A stretch of 61,836 bases of DNA, filler included, from Circinaria calcarea (GCA_051942165.1; 7 parts of 7 records of this genome joined end to end with filler, not necessarily neighbours in it), one strand, 5' to 3'. Shown: positions 23,848-36,786, counted from the first letter of the whole stretch. The notes: a model not told the origin generated them from the sequence alone. A program made the numbers and translations.

Positions 23848-24852
23848 GCTATCACCAGAGAGAGAGACCAACACGAAGAAGGGGTTCTGGGTAGTTCAAG
23901 CTGCAAATCGAATTCATCTCCGAGGACGGGGACACGGGTAGTCTCGTGAATGCCGAGGACGGTAAAGCAGGCGCGAAGTCCTATAGTAGAGGTGCCGTCT
24001 TCAGTGCCGGTGATTGGTTTTCCTTTCTCAGGGCATGCATAAGGCCGCCGGTTGGTGCAGTGTCTTGCTATACGGAGTACACCCCCATCGAGTTCGGACA
24101 TTTCAGCCTTACGACATCTCCTTCAACCGTCAGCCAGGCATAACATCGTCCCGAGCTGCAGAGCAAATCCAATCCCGGATTTCTTTATCGTAGTAGAAGG
24201 TAGCTCATTGGAACCTTATTACCGTGCCCCTTTCATTGTTCCCTGGTTTCATTGGCTCACAGAGCACAGCCCATCAACTGAAAAGCACAGGACACCAACA
24301 CTGCTCATGAGCGTTACTGTTGTCCGTGTTTCATTTCACCGTCGAGACTCACCGCCCTGTTGTGTTATGGGAGCATGTCCTTAATTAACTGGGCACGGTA
24401 GAGGAGGCAGAGGAGCAATGCTGCAAGTGGACTTGTCAAGCATGCGAGCCTCATGACTACTGCGACAACTCGAGCATCATACTAATCGGAAAGACCAAGT
24501 ATTGCCCAGTATAGCTTGTTCAGCTCGGCTATCTCAACTCGCCTGTCTTGTACGAACAGCCAGTTATCTGCTGTTGGTGGCTGATCTACCTAATTCAACA
24601 TGAAAGTATCAAGACATCACAACCTGTGCTTTAAGGGGCACAGTTGGCGAGGCAAGATCCTCCGGATTACAACACAATGTCTGCAGCTCAGCGGTACAGT
24701 ATAGTGTCTCCCTATATGCCTTAAAACTCTTGTTTGTCCCCAGCAAATCTATGTTAACTTGTTGCATCTCATCGTCCATCTTTCCTTTGCTCATCCTTCT
24801 TGTTGAATCCTTTCCTCAACCTACATTTGCTTCATCAATATAGATCAGCATC

Positions 24853-26481
24853 ATGGTAAAATCGACCTTGCTAGCGCCCATTGCTTCGCTTCAAGATGTC
24901 CTCATCGCCGAAGAGAATGAAACAACCTTCTCGCTTTCTCATCCAAAGCATGTCCCGCTTTTCGCCAGTCCTCTCGAGACTGCCAAACATGACTACCAGG
25001 CGGCCCACCCCGATACTCTATTGAAACACCCCCAGCACGCTGTTCAAAGCCTCCATGGCAACGTTTTTCCACCTTCCTCGCACTATGAGAAGCATAACCG
25101 ACATGACGACCCGGACGAGCCTAAGTTGAAGAGAGCTCATGAGGCGAGTGTTATCCAGCTATTTTATGATCTCTTCTTCGTGGCCAACCTAACCACCTTC
25201 ACCAAAGTCCATGAGATCAATAATAGCGAGAGTATGTTCCCCTTACAATTCTGACTACCCGAAGAGTAATAGCCTCTATAACCCAGAAAGTTCTCTTCAT
25301 CTCTTCGTTTTTTGACAAATAGACTGACCGCAGTTGTCTTTAGCACTGAGGTCCTATATCGGGTTCTTCAGTATCCTATGGTTCACCTGGCTACAAGTCA
25401 CCCTTTTCGATGTCCGGTTCAGTAATGACTCGGCTTTCGAGCGGTTGTGTAAAGCCCTCCAATTCGGTGTCATGGTCGGTTTTGCTGTTATAGGTCCCGG
25501 CTACTCCGTTGAGAAAGCCTCTGGGTCCGCGGATAATCAGGCGTCTACGATCCCTCAGCTAGAGAAGAAGCAGATTCAAGCGTTTCAGACCTTGAGCCTC
25601 ATCTTAATGGTTAGTCGGCTCATACTTGCTGGACAATATCTGGTATCCTTATGGTGGACGAAAGACTATAAGAAAGCGCGCCTACCCTTGATGGCTCATA
25701 TTGGTACGCTGTTTATCACTGCGATGGTCTTCCTGGGCCTTTACTTTGCGTTTCCCGGAAAGAACGGCAACCGTATACCTGATGTTTGGTATGTGACGAT
25801 CGGAATTGAAGCACTGGTGATACTCTTTGTTTCGGGTCGGGCAAAGTTCCTAAGTCTCAGACGGACGTGTTTGGTTGAAAGATTGGGCCTTCTCACACTC
25901 ATCATCCTCGGCGAAGGTATTATCGTTCTAACTTCGTCAGTTAAGAACGTCCGTACCAGCAATGGATTTCCTCCAGATGTCATTGGAAATATCATCTGTG
26001 CCGTGGTGATTATTTACTTCTTATGGATGTTATATTTCGACCAGATCGAGACGGAGCGTGTGGGTACAATTCGTCAACAAATCTGGACGATGGTCCACTT
26101 CCCTTTCCATGTTTGTGTTATCCTTGTGGTCGAAGGTCAGAGACAACTGTCGACTTGGCGCAAGGTCCTTGACCTTACTCGCCCATACACTGCCGCACTC
26201 TTTGCTGCCGACTCAACTTTACAAGTCAGCGAGACATTCAACACTTTGTATGAACAATTCTATGACTCAGAGATCCCTAAGCCAGATATAACGCAGTGGT
26301 TAGCAGACATCGACGCGGTAGCACTGAGTAACGGCACTGCCACGGACGAGGCATCCAACGCGGCCGACAATGCTGTCCTTCAGATTTTTAGCAGCGGGAT
26401 CTCTTACATCGCTCAGAACTTCGGAACTGAAGTTCCAAAGGAGGCTAAGAAGACGGGAGACAAAGCTGAAGAGCTGGATGC
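24853..26481 (+). CDS. LtrA (low temperature requirement A)-family multi-pass membrane protein, 3'-truncated
   Basis: HEASVIQLFYDLFFVANLT, FDVRFSNDS, ERLGLLTLIILGEG; intron at about 25232-25342. Confidence 0.8.
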
Positions 26482-26581
26482 NNNNNNNNNNNNNNNNNNN
26501 NNNNNNNNNNNNNNNNNNNNNNNNNTTAATTAATTAANNNNNNNNNNNNNNNNNNNNNNNNNNNNNNNNNNNNNNNNNNNN
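26482..26581. other. Artificial contig spacer
   Basis: N44-TTAATTAATTAA-N44. Confidence 0.98.
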
Positions 26582-27660
26582 CTCCTCACGTCCTCCTCCC
26601 TCCCCTCACTAACCGAGCAAAGAATGCACCAAACAACAAAACAACACCAAAGCGAAACCCTTACCCTACGGATCTTTCATAAAAATGGCATACTTCGTAT
26701 TCTATCCTCCCCCTCCCCCTGCTCCGCCCTCGTTTTCTTTACTTCCGATCGTTACGCTTATCTCGTTTCATCTTTTACTTAGCTTACCCTCGTTCTCGGG
26801 GTCTTGGGGTCTCCCAGGGTTGTTTTTAGTTTATTGTCCCGGTTTGGTGGCAGTCGGGGTCAGTTGCAGTGGACCACCCCTTGGGAAAGATTGTTTCGTT
26901 TATAAATCCTATGCTCCTGCTGAGGGGACCTGAGGATGGGGGGTTTCCCCCCCCCCCCCCGCTTCTTTTCCCGCTTTTCCCCATTTTCTCTTGTTTTCTC
27001 TTTTTCTTGGCAAGGGTAAGGGTAAGGGGAGCAACCGCAACTGCAACCGCAACCGCTCATTTTTCCAGAAACCTAAATAATATCTGTAGGGTTTACAAAC
27101 CTCGGAATTTTATAGGTTAGGAAACGATAGAACTAAAAAAAAAAAGCAGGAGAAGGGGGGAAATAGTGATTTCTTATGAGAAGAAGGCGGGGAGAGAGAA
27201 GGCCTTCCTTCGCTGCCATTTTTGCGTTAGATAGGGCGGAATTTTTTTGTCGGTACTGGTATGGAGTTTTCTTGTGGAGGGTTTTTAAATGTCTAGGTGG
27301 GGAGAGTGGGAAGGGAAGAGGGAGGTTGCGTATTGGAAAGACTTTTTGAGGATTTGAGGCGGGATTTCTACAGGTTTTGATATTGACTATTGACCGAATT
27401 TTTGTTCTGGCTCTGGCTCTTACGCTTGCGTGTGTGTCCGCCTAGGACGATCAACTATCCAGAATCGCTTCCTGCAACACGAGCGGCCCTATCGCTACAG
27501 ACCCTGACTAGAAATCTCCCAACTCGGAGGGCTTGAGAGTACACCCTATCAGTGTAATCCCAAATGGGGTTTGGACAATTAAAAACCGCACCACATGAGC
27601 CATACAATCCTTGACTCCATTTACAAATCCCAAAGGGTCGTAATCCCAATCCCATGCCTT

Positions 27661-29889
27661 TTACCAAGCATACCGTCCCTCCCCAGGCGCCGCATCATCG
27701 CCGTTCCATTCCTCATCCCCACTTGGTTCCGGATCCAGGAAATCGTTTTCGTGGAATTGCTCCTCTGCCGGGCGAAGGTTATCGATCTGAATAGCGACCT
27801 CGTCGCAAAGACCTTGGATGAATAAATTCTCATCCTCCTCCTCGTTTTTCCCTTGAGAACTGCTCTCCATCTCATTCAGATCCTCAAGTGCCGAGTCAAT
27901 ACTGGAGCTACCGCTATTTGCGCGCTTCCTTTTTCGTCGTCGCTGCTTCCGCTGGGGTTGGGAAGGCGAGCCGTATGCGTCATCGTCTTGCTCCTTGAGG
28001 CGTCGGTTGCGGCGATTGGGAAAGATGCTGATGTCACTATCGTCGGAGCCTTCACGTGAGACGTATGAGCTGTGCTCTACCTCCTTTAGTCGTTTACTGC
28101 GGCGTTTAGGGATCGGACAGGTGTCGCTGTCGGTGTCGGTACTGGCCGTGTGCTTCGGTATTTCAACATGACTGAACCTTCTGCGATCCATCGAACGTAA
28201 GCTAGGGGGTTCTATGTGCGCCATAGGAAGAATTTTTGGTTCGCATTTGCCAGTACCATTCACCTCTGCCAATTTTTTGGAAACATGGAATGCCTCAAAA
28301 GACTTGAAGCTGATGTCTGGATCAGGTGACTTGCGGAGGAAGACCTTGGTTAACTGATTGATCCATTTGTTTCGAAAATTAGCTCTGTCTCGCCAATCAA
28401 TATTTACGCTAGCCTTAATATCTAGCTTTCTGAGATTGAGTAGAGTACAGGCTGCATCAATGAGAGATTGGAAGAACATTTCTACAGTGTTGGATTCCCA
28501 CTTTCGAAGGTGATGGAGTTCTAGGATCTGAAGACTGGCCGGCCAGGTGGGGATTTCGTCCGGAAGCAAGAGGGAGTCAAAGGACGGTTCAGAGTCGGAG
28601 TAGTTATCGTGACTGTTGTAGTATCTTAGATTCATTTTCAACACTTCTAGCTTTGGGCATGCGACAGCTAGATCCACAACGAAAGCGAGGTTAAGGGACT
28701 GATTGTGACTGAGGACCAGCTGGCGCAAGTTACTGCCATTCGTGACCAAGAAAATATGCAGTGTTTCCGAGGTGACATGTTGGCAATCAATCAGCTGGAA
28801 CGATTCCAATTGTTGCGGTAGCATCGGGAAGAACGATTCACCGGTCCATGGCGATAACTCCATGCTGAGGTGCTTCAATTTGGGTAAAGCATTAACGGCA
28901 TCTGCAAGCTCTTCCTCCTCGATAGGCAGAGTATCGCCACAGCGCACAAGAGTCAAGTTCCGCAAGTGTTGGAACGGAGAACGAGAGTGGATTCTCTTCA
29001 GTGATTGCCCGTGCAGCAGGTGGCGTCGGATGCCACTGAGGGAGAGATTCCATTTCCAGCTAATCAAAGATATTTTGTTTCTCTCCAGAGCGTCAAACAC
29101 CTCGTTGCTGTACACCAGTTCCTTTCTCTTACTGGGTCCAGTAGACTTCTTTCTGTGTTTGGGTTGATCCGAAATGAAGTGGATTCCAATCCCTCGAAGC
29201 TGTGGTGTACAAGCAATCAAATCTTCCAGACGGATAGGGTCGCGACCTCCATACTTCAGCATCAGGATCGACGTCGCTTCTATATCCAGATATTTTACCT
29301 TATTTCGGTAATCGAAGGTTGACGCATGATTTTGAGATAGGAAATGTTCCAAGAGACCGTGGGCTCGGTAGGGAGGGCTCAGGGGCGGCGCATAGTATAG
29401 CACAGAAAGCGCGGGCTCCGCAAAGGACTTGCATACGAGAGCGGCCTTCAAAAGCCATCCGACGGATGATCCAACCAGTGATTTGGCCAACGGGATAGGT
29501 TCGAACTGATCGTCACATAAGGGATGCGACGCGTAGTGGAAGATTTGCAGCAGTATTTCGTAAGGGAGCGTGTGCCAATGTGGTATCTTTCCAGCCGCTC
29601 CCACGTAGCTCTCCTCACATTCCTCGGCAATATGTGCTGATACGCCACAGTTTCCTTTCTTCAATTTGGTTGACGCCTTGGCTTTCTTCTTCAAAGGGCT
29701 GGGCCGTAGTGGTAGCCGCGATGATTTCAACACTGAGCTGGGTCGCTTGGGCTTCGGTGAGTCGATGTATAGCTCGTCCACGCTTTCTGCGTCGCTGTTC
29801 TCCGATGAGGTTTGCCGATACGAAACACGGCCGCGACCCGGACGGGTGCGAGATGCTAGGGCATTGGGTTGTGTCGAACGAGTACGCAT
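27661..29889 (-). CDS. F-box-like / leucine-rich repeat protein, 742 aa
   Basis: WHTLPYEILLQIF F-box-like motif; LRR-like LRNLTL, LKHLSM, LRQLVL, CPKLEVLKM; basic/acidic disordered ends. Confidence 0.75.
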   Translation of the reverse strand: MRTRSTQPNALASRTRPGRGRVSYRQTSSENSDAESVDELYIDSPKPKRPSSVLKSSRLPLRPSPLKKKAKASTKLKKGNCGVSAHIAEECEESYVGAAGKIPHWHTLPYEILLQIFHYASHPLCDDQFEPIPLAKSLVGSSVGWLLKAALVCKSFAEPALSVLYYAPPLSPPYRAHGLLEHFLSQNHASTFDYRNKVKYLDIEATSILMLKYGGRDPIRLEDLIACTPQLRGIGIHFISDQPKHRKKSTGPSKRKELVYSNEVFDALERNKISLISWKWNLSLSGIRRHLLHGQSLKRIHSRSPFQHLRNLTLVRCGDTLPIEEEELADAVNALPKLKHLSMELSPWTGESFFPMLPQQLESFQLIDCQHVTSETLHIFLVTNGSNLRQLVLSHNQSLNLAFVVDLAVACPKLEVLKMNLRYYNSHDNYSDSEPSFDSLLLPDEIPTWPASLQILELHHLRKWESNTVEMFFQSLIDAACTLLNLRKLDIKASVNIDWRDRANFRNKWINQLTKVFLRKSPDPDISFKSFEAFHVSKKLAEVNGTGKCEPKILPMAHIEPPSLRSMDRRRFSHVEIPKHTASTDTDSDTCPIPKRRSKRLKEVEHSSYVSREGSDDSDISIFPNRRNRRLKEQDDDAYGSPSQPQRKQRRRKRKRANSGSSSIDSALEDLNEMESSSQGKNEEEDENLFIQGLCDEVAIQIDNLRPAEEQFHENDFLDPEPSGDEEWNGDDAAPGEGRYAW

Positions 29890-30827
29890 AATGCAATGCT
29901 AGATGAAGCAATATGATGAGCTTCGCGTCCTGCGTTGTGGCTTACGAGAAGCCGTTGGTGGTGGTGGAGCAACAGTGCGTGTTGACTGAAAAGTACATGC
30001 ATGTTACGCGCACGGATCCGCAAAAGTCGAGATTCACAATTGTGATCGTCATTGGCGATTTAAGGTTGGGGCTAAACATAGTACGTGACATGGGTGGTCC
30101 CTGCCGTAGCAGTAGCGTTGACACGTGCCGGGAGCGCTAACCCTTGTCGTTTTCTTGATGTGCAGACTGGCATTCCATCTCGAGCCACGTCCTTCCTTCT
30201 GGAAGCGCCTTTTCAATCCCCACGCTCGAATGCCCACCGCAGTTCCAAAGCTCATCAGAACCATTTCGACCACCTTCCCGGTGCTGTATAAACGTTTCTC
30301 ATAGCTTTTGAGCTGCCATAATCTTCACTACACGTGAACTCCATCTTCACGAGGACAACGCAGTCACAGCACCTTTCCAAAAGTACTTTAAAAACTCAGT
30401 TTTACTCAGTTATTCCGAATGCGGTCAGCTTCTACATTCCACACCTTACCATTTTAGCCTTTCATTCCAATCCCCCTACGATAGGTCAAAGTAGTATGGC
30501 CAGAGAGGGGCGGGGAAGCCGTTTGTAGTCTCCGGGGTAAGCTTTGGGATGTTTCCATTCACTCCACTTCACAGCCTCAGGGCTGATCCTGTTTTCAGGC
30601 GGTATGATACACGTACACAATTGACGATAATACGTGGCGCGCGTACCGTAAAAGTGAATATCAAAGGAATCACTGCTATTTTCTCATCTACAATACCATA
30701 TTTATGTCCTCATCTTAATTTGCACTGCTTTTCCTCGTTGTGATTAACTTCGACTTTTACTGTCGTCCCATCTCTGGCCAAATCGAGTCAACGTCACAAT
30801 CGAGATATGAAGCGCGAGCACTGAGTT

Positions 30828-33641
30828 ATGAGGTACGATACTGAAAGAGAGTTCCAGAAGAAGTTCACCGGCAATACCATTTTGTACCGCGATATCCGGT
30901 TACATAGAGCCCCGGTCCTCTTGCAACGGAGCATAGACAGTTTCCTCAATTTTAATCGGCGAAAGCTCATCGAAAGAAGGGAGTCCTCATGCGTAAAGAA
31001 GAAAATGAACCATCCAAACGGCACCAATGGCGGTTCAGCAAACCTCCAGGAGAGGGGTCGAAGCACTTGGAACCTTAAAGATCTTCAACGGAGTCTAGCG
31101 AATAATGACTTCAAGCATGATGTTCCAAACCTAAGGATCGAAATTAAGGGCTTTAGAGATAAACGAGAGAAGATCAAGAGACCAGTGCCTGATTCCGAAC
31201 CTCCTCTCAAGCGGCTCAAAACCACAGATATAAGAGCACAGTGTTCCCTAACCATTTTTGATACTAGACTACCAAAGCAAGAAGGTATCGTTAGGCAAAC
31301 GAAACAGTGCGTCATTCGAACATGTAATTCGCAACTGACCCGCAGTGCAACTGTGCACATGGATGAACCATTTTTCGTCAATGCAAACGAGTTGTTGATG
31401 GACGCGAATCCGGCAAAGACCGACAAGCCGTGGATAGGCGAAGCGTACAAGATGCAGGTATCGGTCCACGCTTCAGCCAGTCTTTCCGATCCTTGGCCCC
31501 CGTTTCAAATAAGACAGGCTCCGAAAGTAACTCAGGTCGTCGAGTTTGGGGAGATAACTAGACTTCCTATACTTTCGGCAGAATGGAAGAAACTTCCGGA
31601 ATGTCCTCCCCCAGGCTTTCCACTGCCTATTTACGCATTTCAAGACCAAAAACCGTATAAGAGCAAACTTGTGTTTGAAATCAACGCAATGTGGAGCTCT
31701 TCAAGCAGCCCTCTAGCTGCCCATAACGCGGCGTTGAAAGACGACTCCACTTTGGTGCCACATCTTCCCACCCCAGTTTCAGAAGTTGAACCGATTGGTG
31801 CCACTGTCGCTGTTCGGTGGTCTATCGGAGGTACATGGCAGGACCTTAAAGATGTTGACTTTGACGGCTATTTCTGTCCTCTTTGTAATAAGAATGAGTT
31901 TAAGAATCTCGATGCCTATCATTTCCATTTAATTAATAGCCATGACTTGTTTAAGTTCAAGCTTATTTGCGAGGCTACATCGACGGATACGGGACAGCAA
32001 CATATGAAGGTTGAGGTCAGGGTAGATGTTGTTGACAGCTATCGGGCAAGAGCTGCAAGCAACTTGCCGGACGACAGGGAAATGCGGTGGGAGAGGCCAA
32101 AAAGTCTCTTTGATATTGAAGCTTACCTCCTAGGGGACGAGAGCTGGCTCGGTAACAAGTCAACAATCGGTAGGAATGCAAGACATGTTGTTCTTTCTGG
32201 GGTACAGCAGCCTGAAAACCTGGCCTTGCGAGTGAATCTCAAGCCTTCAAAATCTATGCTTGTAGAGCCTCGACCGCCGGCCTCAATTCCAGACTTACCA
32301 GTGCCGAATAGGCTTCGCCATAGGGTACCGCATGCACCCTCCGGTATACAATATTTCAGATCCACCGTTAAAAGGGCTTTGCAAGAGGGCGAATGGCTGA
32401 CTGAAAGTGATGATGAGATCGACGAGAGCTGGCTCTTACAGAAACACGAGGACACCATTGAAAGCTTCCGTGACATTTCTGATCCAGAGAAAGAGTTCAT
32501 CAAAAGATATGACAGCCACATGTTAAGGGAGAACTTGTCAAGCAACGTACATCTTAGCGAGGCTATGATTCGGTTTTGTAGACTGAATCGGAAATTCCTC
32601 AAAAGGAAAGACATGAAGACTGAATTCCACAAGAAAGCCGCGACGTTGATCCTACATAATGTTATTAAACCGTCAATTGTCCGAGCATGTATGCAGATTA
32701 TCAACGAGACGGGAGATGACCTTGAAATTGGGGCCATGGAGCTTGGCGCTGAGGCGAGCCTATCGCAGAATTTGATCAGCAGAGGAACGGAAAAGACTTC
32801 AGTCTATGCGAATGAACCCGCAGATAGCATGGTATCGCCGGCAGACGAATCCCAATCACCTACGGATTTCGGCCATGATTTTGGCAAGTGCTTTTGTGGG
32901 CGTCATATCTACGATTTGCGAACGAGTCTCAGATGCTCCAATGTGGTGAGAATAACAGTTGAATCCTAATGTAAGCGTTGCGTAACTAACAAAGACTGCC
33001 AGACGTGCCTCTCACCACACCATCATCTGCAATGTGCAGAATTGGAGACTCGATTGCCTGGGTGGATATGTAAGACTTGTAGGCTACGGAAACCCCTATC
33101 TATAGAAAAAACTCGTTCGGAAGAGCTCGTTTCTGTAACACCAATAAGGGCTAAGCTTCCAGCACCTAGGCCAGTTGCTGCCGATAACGGTATGGAAGCC
33201 ATCAAAGAGACCAGTAAAACCAATGGAAGCCGAGGGACCAACCCAGACTTTCGCTCCCTGCCTGATGACCCCGATTTTGCCAGCGACATGTCGGATCTGT
33301 CGAGTTTAGCAGACAGTGACGCGATGAGCATTGATGTCAAAGTCGAAGTGGTGAAGCGTCGTAGGGGGCGTCCTAGAAAACACCCACTGAAGGACGGCTT
33401 TAACCAGAGGACCAAAGTCAGACCAACCACCAAACCGTTGCCTCGAACAAGCGATGCAGCCATCGACCCCGTCCAGCGGTGCAAGTTATGTGATATCCCA
33501 CTGTCAAATGGGGTAAAGATTTGGAAATGCATAACGTGTGGAACTGGGCGACATGTGGGTTGTTTTACAAAAGATGACATGTTTGCACCAGAGATGGGTC
33601 GATGTATAGCATGCCTTATAGATGAACTACCAAAGAGGTAA
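30828..33641 (+). CDS. SUZ12: Polycomb SUZ12-like VEFS-box protein with C-terminal PHD-like fingers and an AT-hook (exons 30828-32945, 33003-33641)
   Basis: N-terminal HRAPVLLQRSI, C2H2 finger CPLC..HLINSH, VEFS-like YFRS..ESDDEIDESWL..DISDPEKEFIKRYDSHM. Intron GTGAGA(32946)..CTAAC..CAG(33002) fuses the ORF to 33042-33641. True start may be upstream. Confidence 0.78.
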
Positions 33642-35327
33642 AATAGGGCGATAGAGAGGTGGATGCAAACACAGTTAAAGCGGTGTCAGCGTACATATCG
33701 AGTATAATGGCAGACGGTCAGACGGACAACAGACATTGTATAGAACCGAGTATCTGTTGCCTGACATTGCTTTTCTCGGGATAAAGTTTTTGTTGGAGGT
33801 TATTGATACCCTATGCTTGTGTGCAGATCGACGCGCTTAATCTGGTTACAGTGGAGTTAGGCTCTATATGACATAAAGCCTTATTTTCCGCTATGATAAT
33901 TCATCCAACTGAACTCAGTCTCTTTTCTGCTTCCTACGTATACTTTTCAATGAACCTTGCATTTAGGGGGGGGGGGGGGAAGCGCTAACTATATATATAT
34001 TGAAAGGCTGAGAAATATAACACGAAGCAAGAAGGGTGACGTTTAGGCGTGTAACGGTAGCGGAATTCTCAACACTCGTTTTCCTGCCAAATTAACGTGC
34101 TATTATACGACGTCGTTCTTCTTATATATTCCCCTATCAAGGAGGCCCCCACTCCGGCTGTGAAAGATGACATACATAACCTTCAAGACGACACGAAGGA
34201 TCCCGAGAGTCCCCCCCGTCTGCCATTCGTAGACCACGTAGCAGCGTTGACTTGGAGTCGACCTGACCCGCCCTCGTGCTGAGAACGGTATGATTTGAGG
34301 TGTAGAAAGCTTTGGAAGAATTTTGGTGTTGGGGATAACCCCTTATCCGTCAGGAATTCTTCCCCTCCGTGGCGGGGAAAACAGTCGCTTATCATCCTGT
34401 TTTGGATACATGGACAGTTACGTTCCATACCGCTGTCCCAGACTCCTCTCGAGGTTCGTATGTTCCAGGGGCTTTAGGCTTGCAAGTTGGGGTGTTCCGG
34501 TGAAGCCCAGGGGCCTCGAGAAAGCGACCGAAAGGTGGGGGGGGGAAGCCTACTTCGCCGGCCCCCCGCTCCCCTCTTTTTGATTGGTAGGCCGGAGATA
34601 AAAAAGCTTCAAAGGATACTGCACTCTTTCCAGAAACTGGGGATACTGGGGATATTGGGGAAAGAAATCGTAATCCGCGGAAAGGGGGGGGGGACAAAGT
34701 GTATAATACTACAAACACCCACCACCACCGCAACCTACGTTCTGAACCGGGAAAGCTACGATGTACTTAGCTTCGAATCACCCTCCTTTCCTGGGTTCTA
34801 ATTTACAAGTTGTGCTCTAGAAATTTGAATTTCCTTTCTAGCGCGAGCGTAAGCCATGAGGTTTTCCAAGATTTTTTTACCCCTGAGGAGGCTGGTTTTG
34901 TCCAGGCCAAAAAAAAAAAAAAAAAAAAAAAACTGCAGAATGGGATTTCAGGGGCTTTTTTTTTTGGCTTCCGTCGGGTACCTAGCTCTACCGAGTCATC
35001 TCAGGACTTTCCGGGGAGGGTTTGGGATATGATTGATGACGGGTTTGACGGCAGGGAGCTGGTTGGGATCCGCTTTTATTTTTTTTTGGCAAGGGGCCCT
35101 CCGATAGTTAAATTCGGTACCGTACAGTGTGTATCGGCGGTAATACCGTACAGTTGCGCACTGCCAAGCCCCGTTCTAATCGGTACAGTACGGGCCAAAT
35201 GGACTGTATTGGTAATACAGTACAATGGGCTTCACCGTGCGTGCTTGCACACCGATAGTGCAACCCTACATATAGTCTTATAAAGCATCTCCCTCGGCCC
35301 CCTTTTTAAAAACCCTGGGCTTTAGAT

Positions 35328-35427
35328 NNNNNNNNNNNNNNNNNNNNNNNNNNNNNNNNNNNNNNNNNNNNTTAATTAATTAANNNNNNNNNNNNNNNNN
35401 NNNNNNNNNNNNNNNNNNNNNNNNNNN
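35328..35427. other. Artificial contig spacer
   Basis: N44-TTAATTAATTAA-N44. Confidence 0.98.
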
Positions 35428-35875
35428 CGCTTCACCTACAGGATTTGTAAATCACGACGCGGTATTTCCTTCATCCGAGTCCCCCGAGATTGCCAATAGA
35501 CAACATGTGAGACATTTACCGGGAGGAACTGTGAGGAGAGAAGAAGAGGTCTTTTCCGGCTCTCCACGCAAACAATGGTCAGAGGAGGAACTTAGGGGTC
35601 GCACGGATAGAAAGTACGGCAAGAAAAACAATCGAGGGAGTGAGAAGGCGAGTTTGGGTAGCCGATTCTTCAAGACACTCAAGGGTGTGTTTATAAGTAT
35701 GCTTGTCTACGGATCCATTTTCAGTTTTATCTATGCAATTGGGTATGGGATGTCGCATCAACGGGAGAATCTGAGGCGGACTGTACAGGGGCCGATGGAC
35801 CCGCAGACGGGGAAGGAGAGGCGAGAGGATACTCGGACTCAGTACGGCAATAGGGCGCGGAGGGAGAGAGAATAG
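35428..35875 (+). CDS. C-terminal fragment of an unknown protein with one transmembrane helix, 5'-truncated
   Basis: Frame open from the contig start (35429) to TAG at 35875; hydrophobic GVFISMLVYGSIFSFIYAIGYG flanked by charged residues. Confidence 0.5.
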
Positions 35876-36291
35876 GATTAGGGGCCCGATCTATCAGGGA
35901 CGAGAGACGGATATGCACATGGGAATGGTGGAAATGGTCATTCGGAGGCCGGGCAACTGGGAATTGGGGATTAGGGATTCGGGGTAGGTGAGGAGACTAG
36001 GGCAAGGGAGATTGGACATCTAAGCTTTGTGTCATTTTCAGGGAGGGGATCCTTGGGGGGGCGGCGTAAAGAGCTATAGCAAATGTGCATTGTGCAATAT
36101 TAGCTTCTTTGTTGTTGTAAACAGAAACTCCCCAAACCAATCTCAGCTCGGATGTTCATATCCACATTAACGTTCCATGTCTCTGTGCCACCGTAATTGT
36201 GCTTCTGCTATGTCGGGTACTGAAAGTATGTGTTTGTGAATGGAAAATATTGGGCAATTTCATATACCCCAACACCCTATATCAGGGGGGT

Positions 36292-36460
36292 AGTACCCTA
36301 AAGAACATACTACTGTCAGGAGGGTATCAGCCTAAGAACCCGGTCTGAGGTCAGTAGGCTAAGTATACCGTCGCGGGTTTCCAAGTACAGTAGGGTCGCG
36401 TGTCGTAATAGCCACCGTGTCGCAATAGCTGCATACAATAGCGACCTCTACGACAGTAAA
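36292..36460 (+). repeat. Dispersed repeat relic (copy 2)
   Basis: agtaccctaaagaacatactactgtcaggagggtatcagcctaa matches 12762 onward. Confidence 0.6.
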
Positions 36461-36786
36461 CCGGCCCAGTAGCTTTTAGGCTAGTCTCGTCCCTTGTGGG
36501 CAGTAAATACTTGAGTTAACATTTTTTCCAGCTTTCTTGAATTTTATTTACTAATCTTATCCTCCATCCCTAGCTGCCTAAAGATTCAAATATTTCAAAG
36601 CGTTGGATCATGTCTGAATTGTTTGAGTCAGGGATTCTGATGGGAAAGGCGTAATGGGGGCCGCCCGGGGGATGGGGGTGGAGGGTGAATAAGGCGGATA
36701 GAAAAGGGAGAAGGGAGATAAGGGAAATAAGGGAGAAGGGAGACAAGGGAAATAAGGGAGAGGGGAGAGGTGAAGTCGCAATACAC

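Noticed and set aside
26800..26910. WW-domain-like fragment on the minus strand (FPKGWSTATDP..W.TP)
   Set aside because: Contains a stop, lacks the aromatic pair, and lies in homopolymer-rich degenerate DNA
35110..35240. Repeated (CG)GTACAGT/TACCGTAC motifs as transposon ends
   Set aside because: Could not define TIR pairs or a TSD
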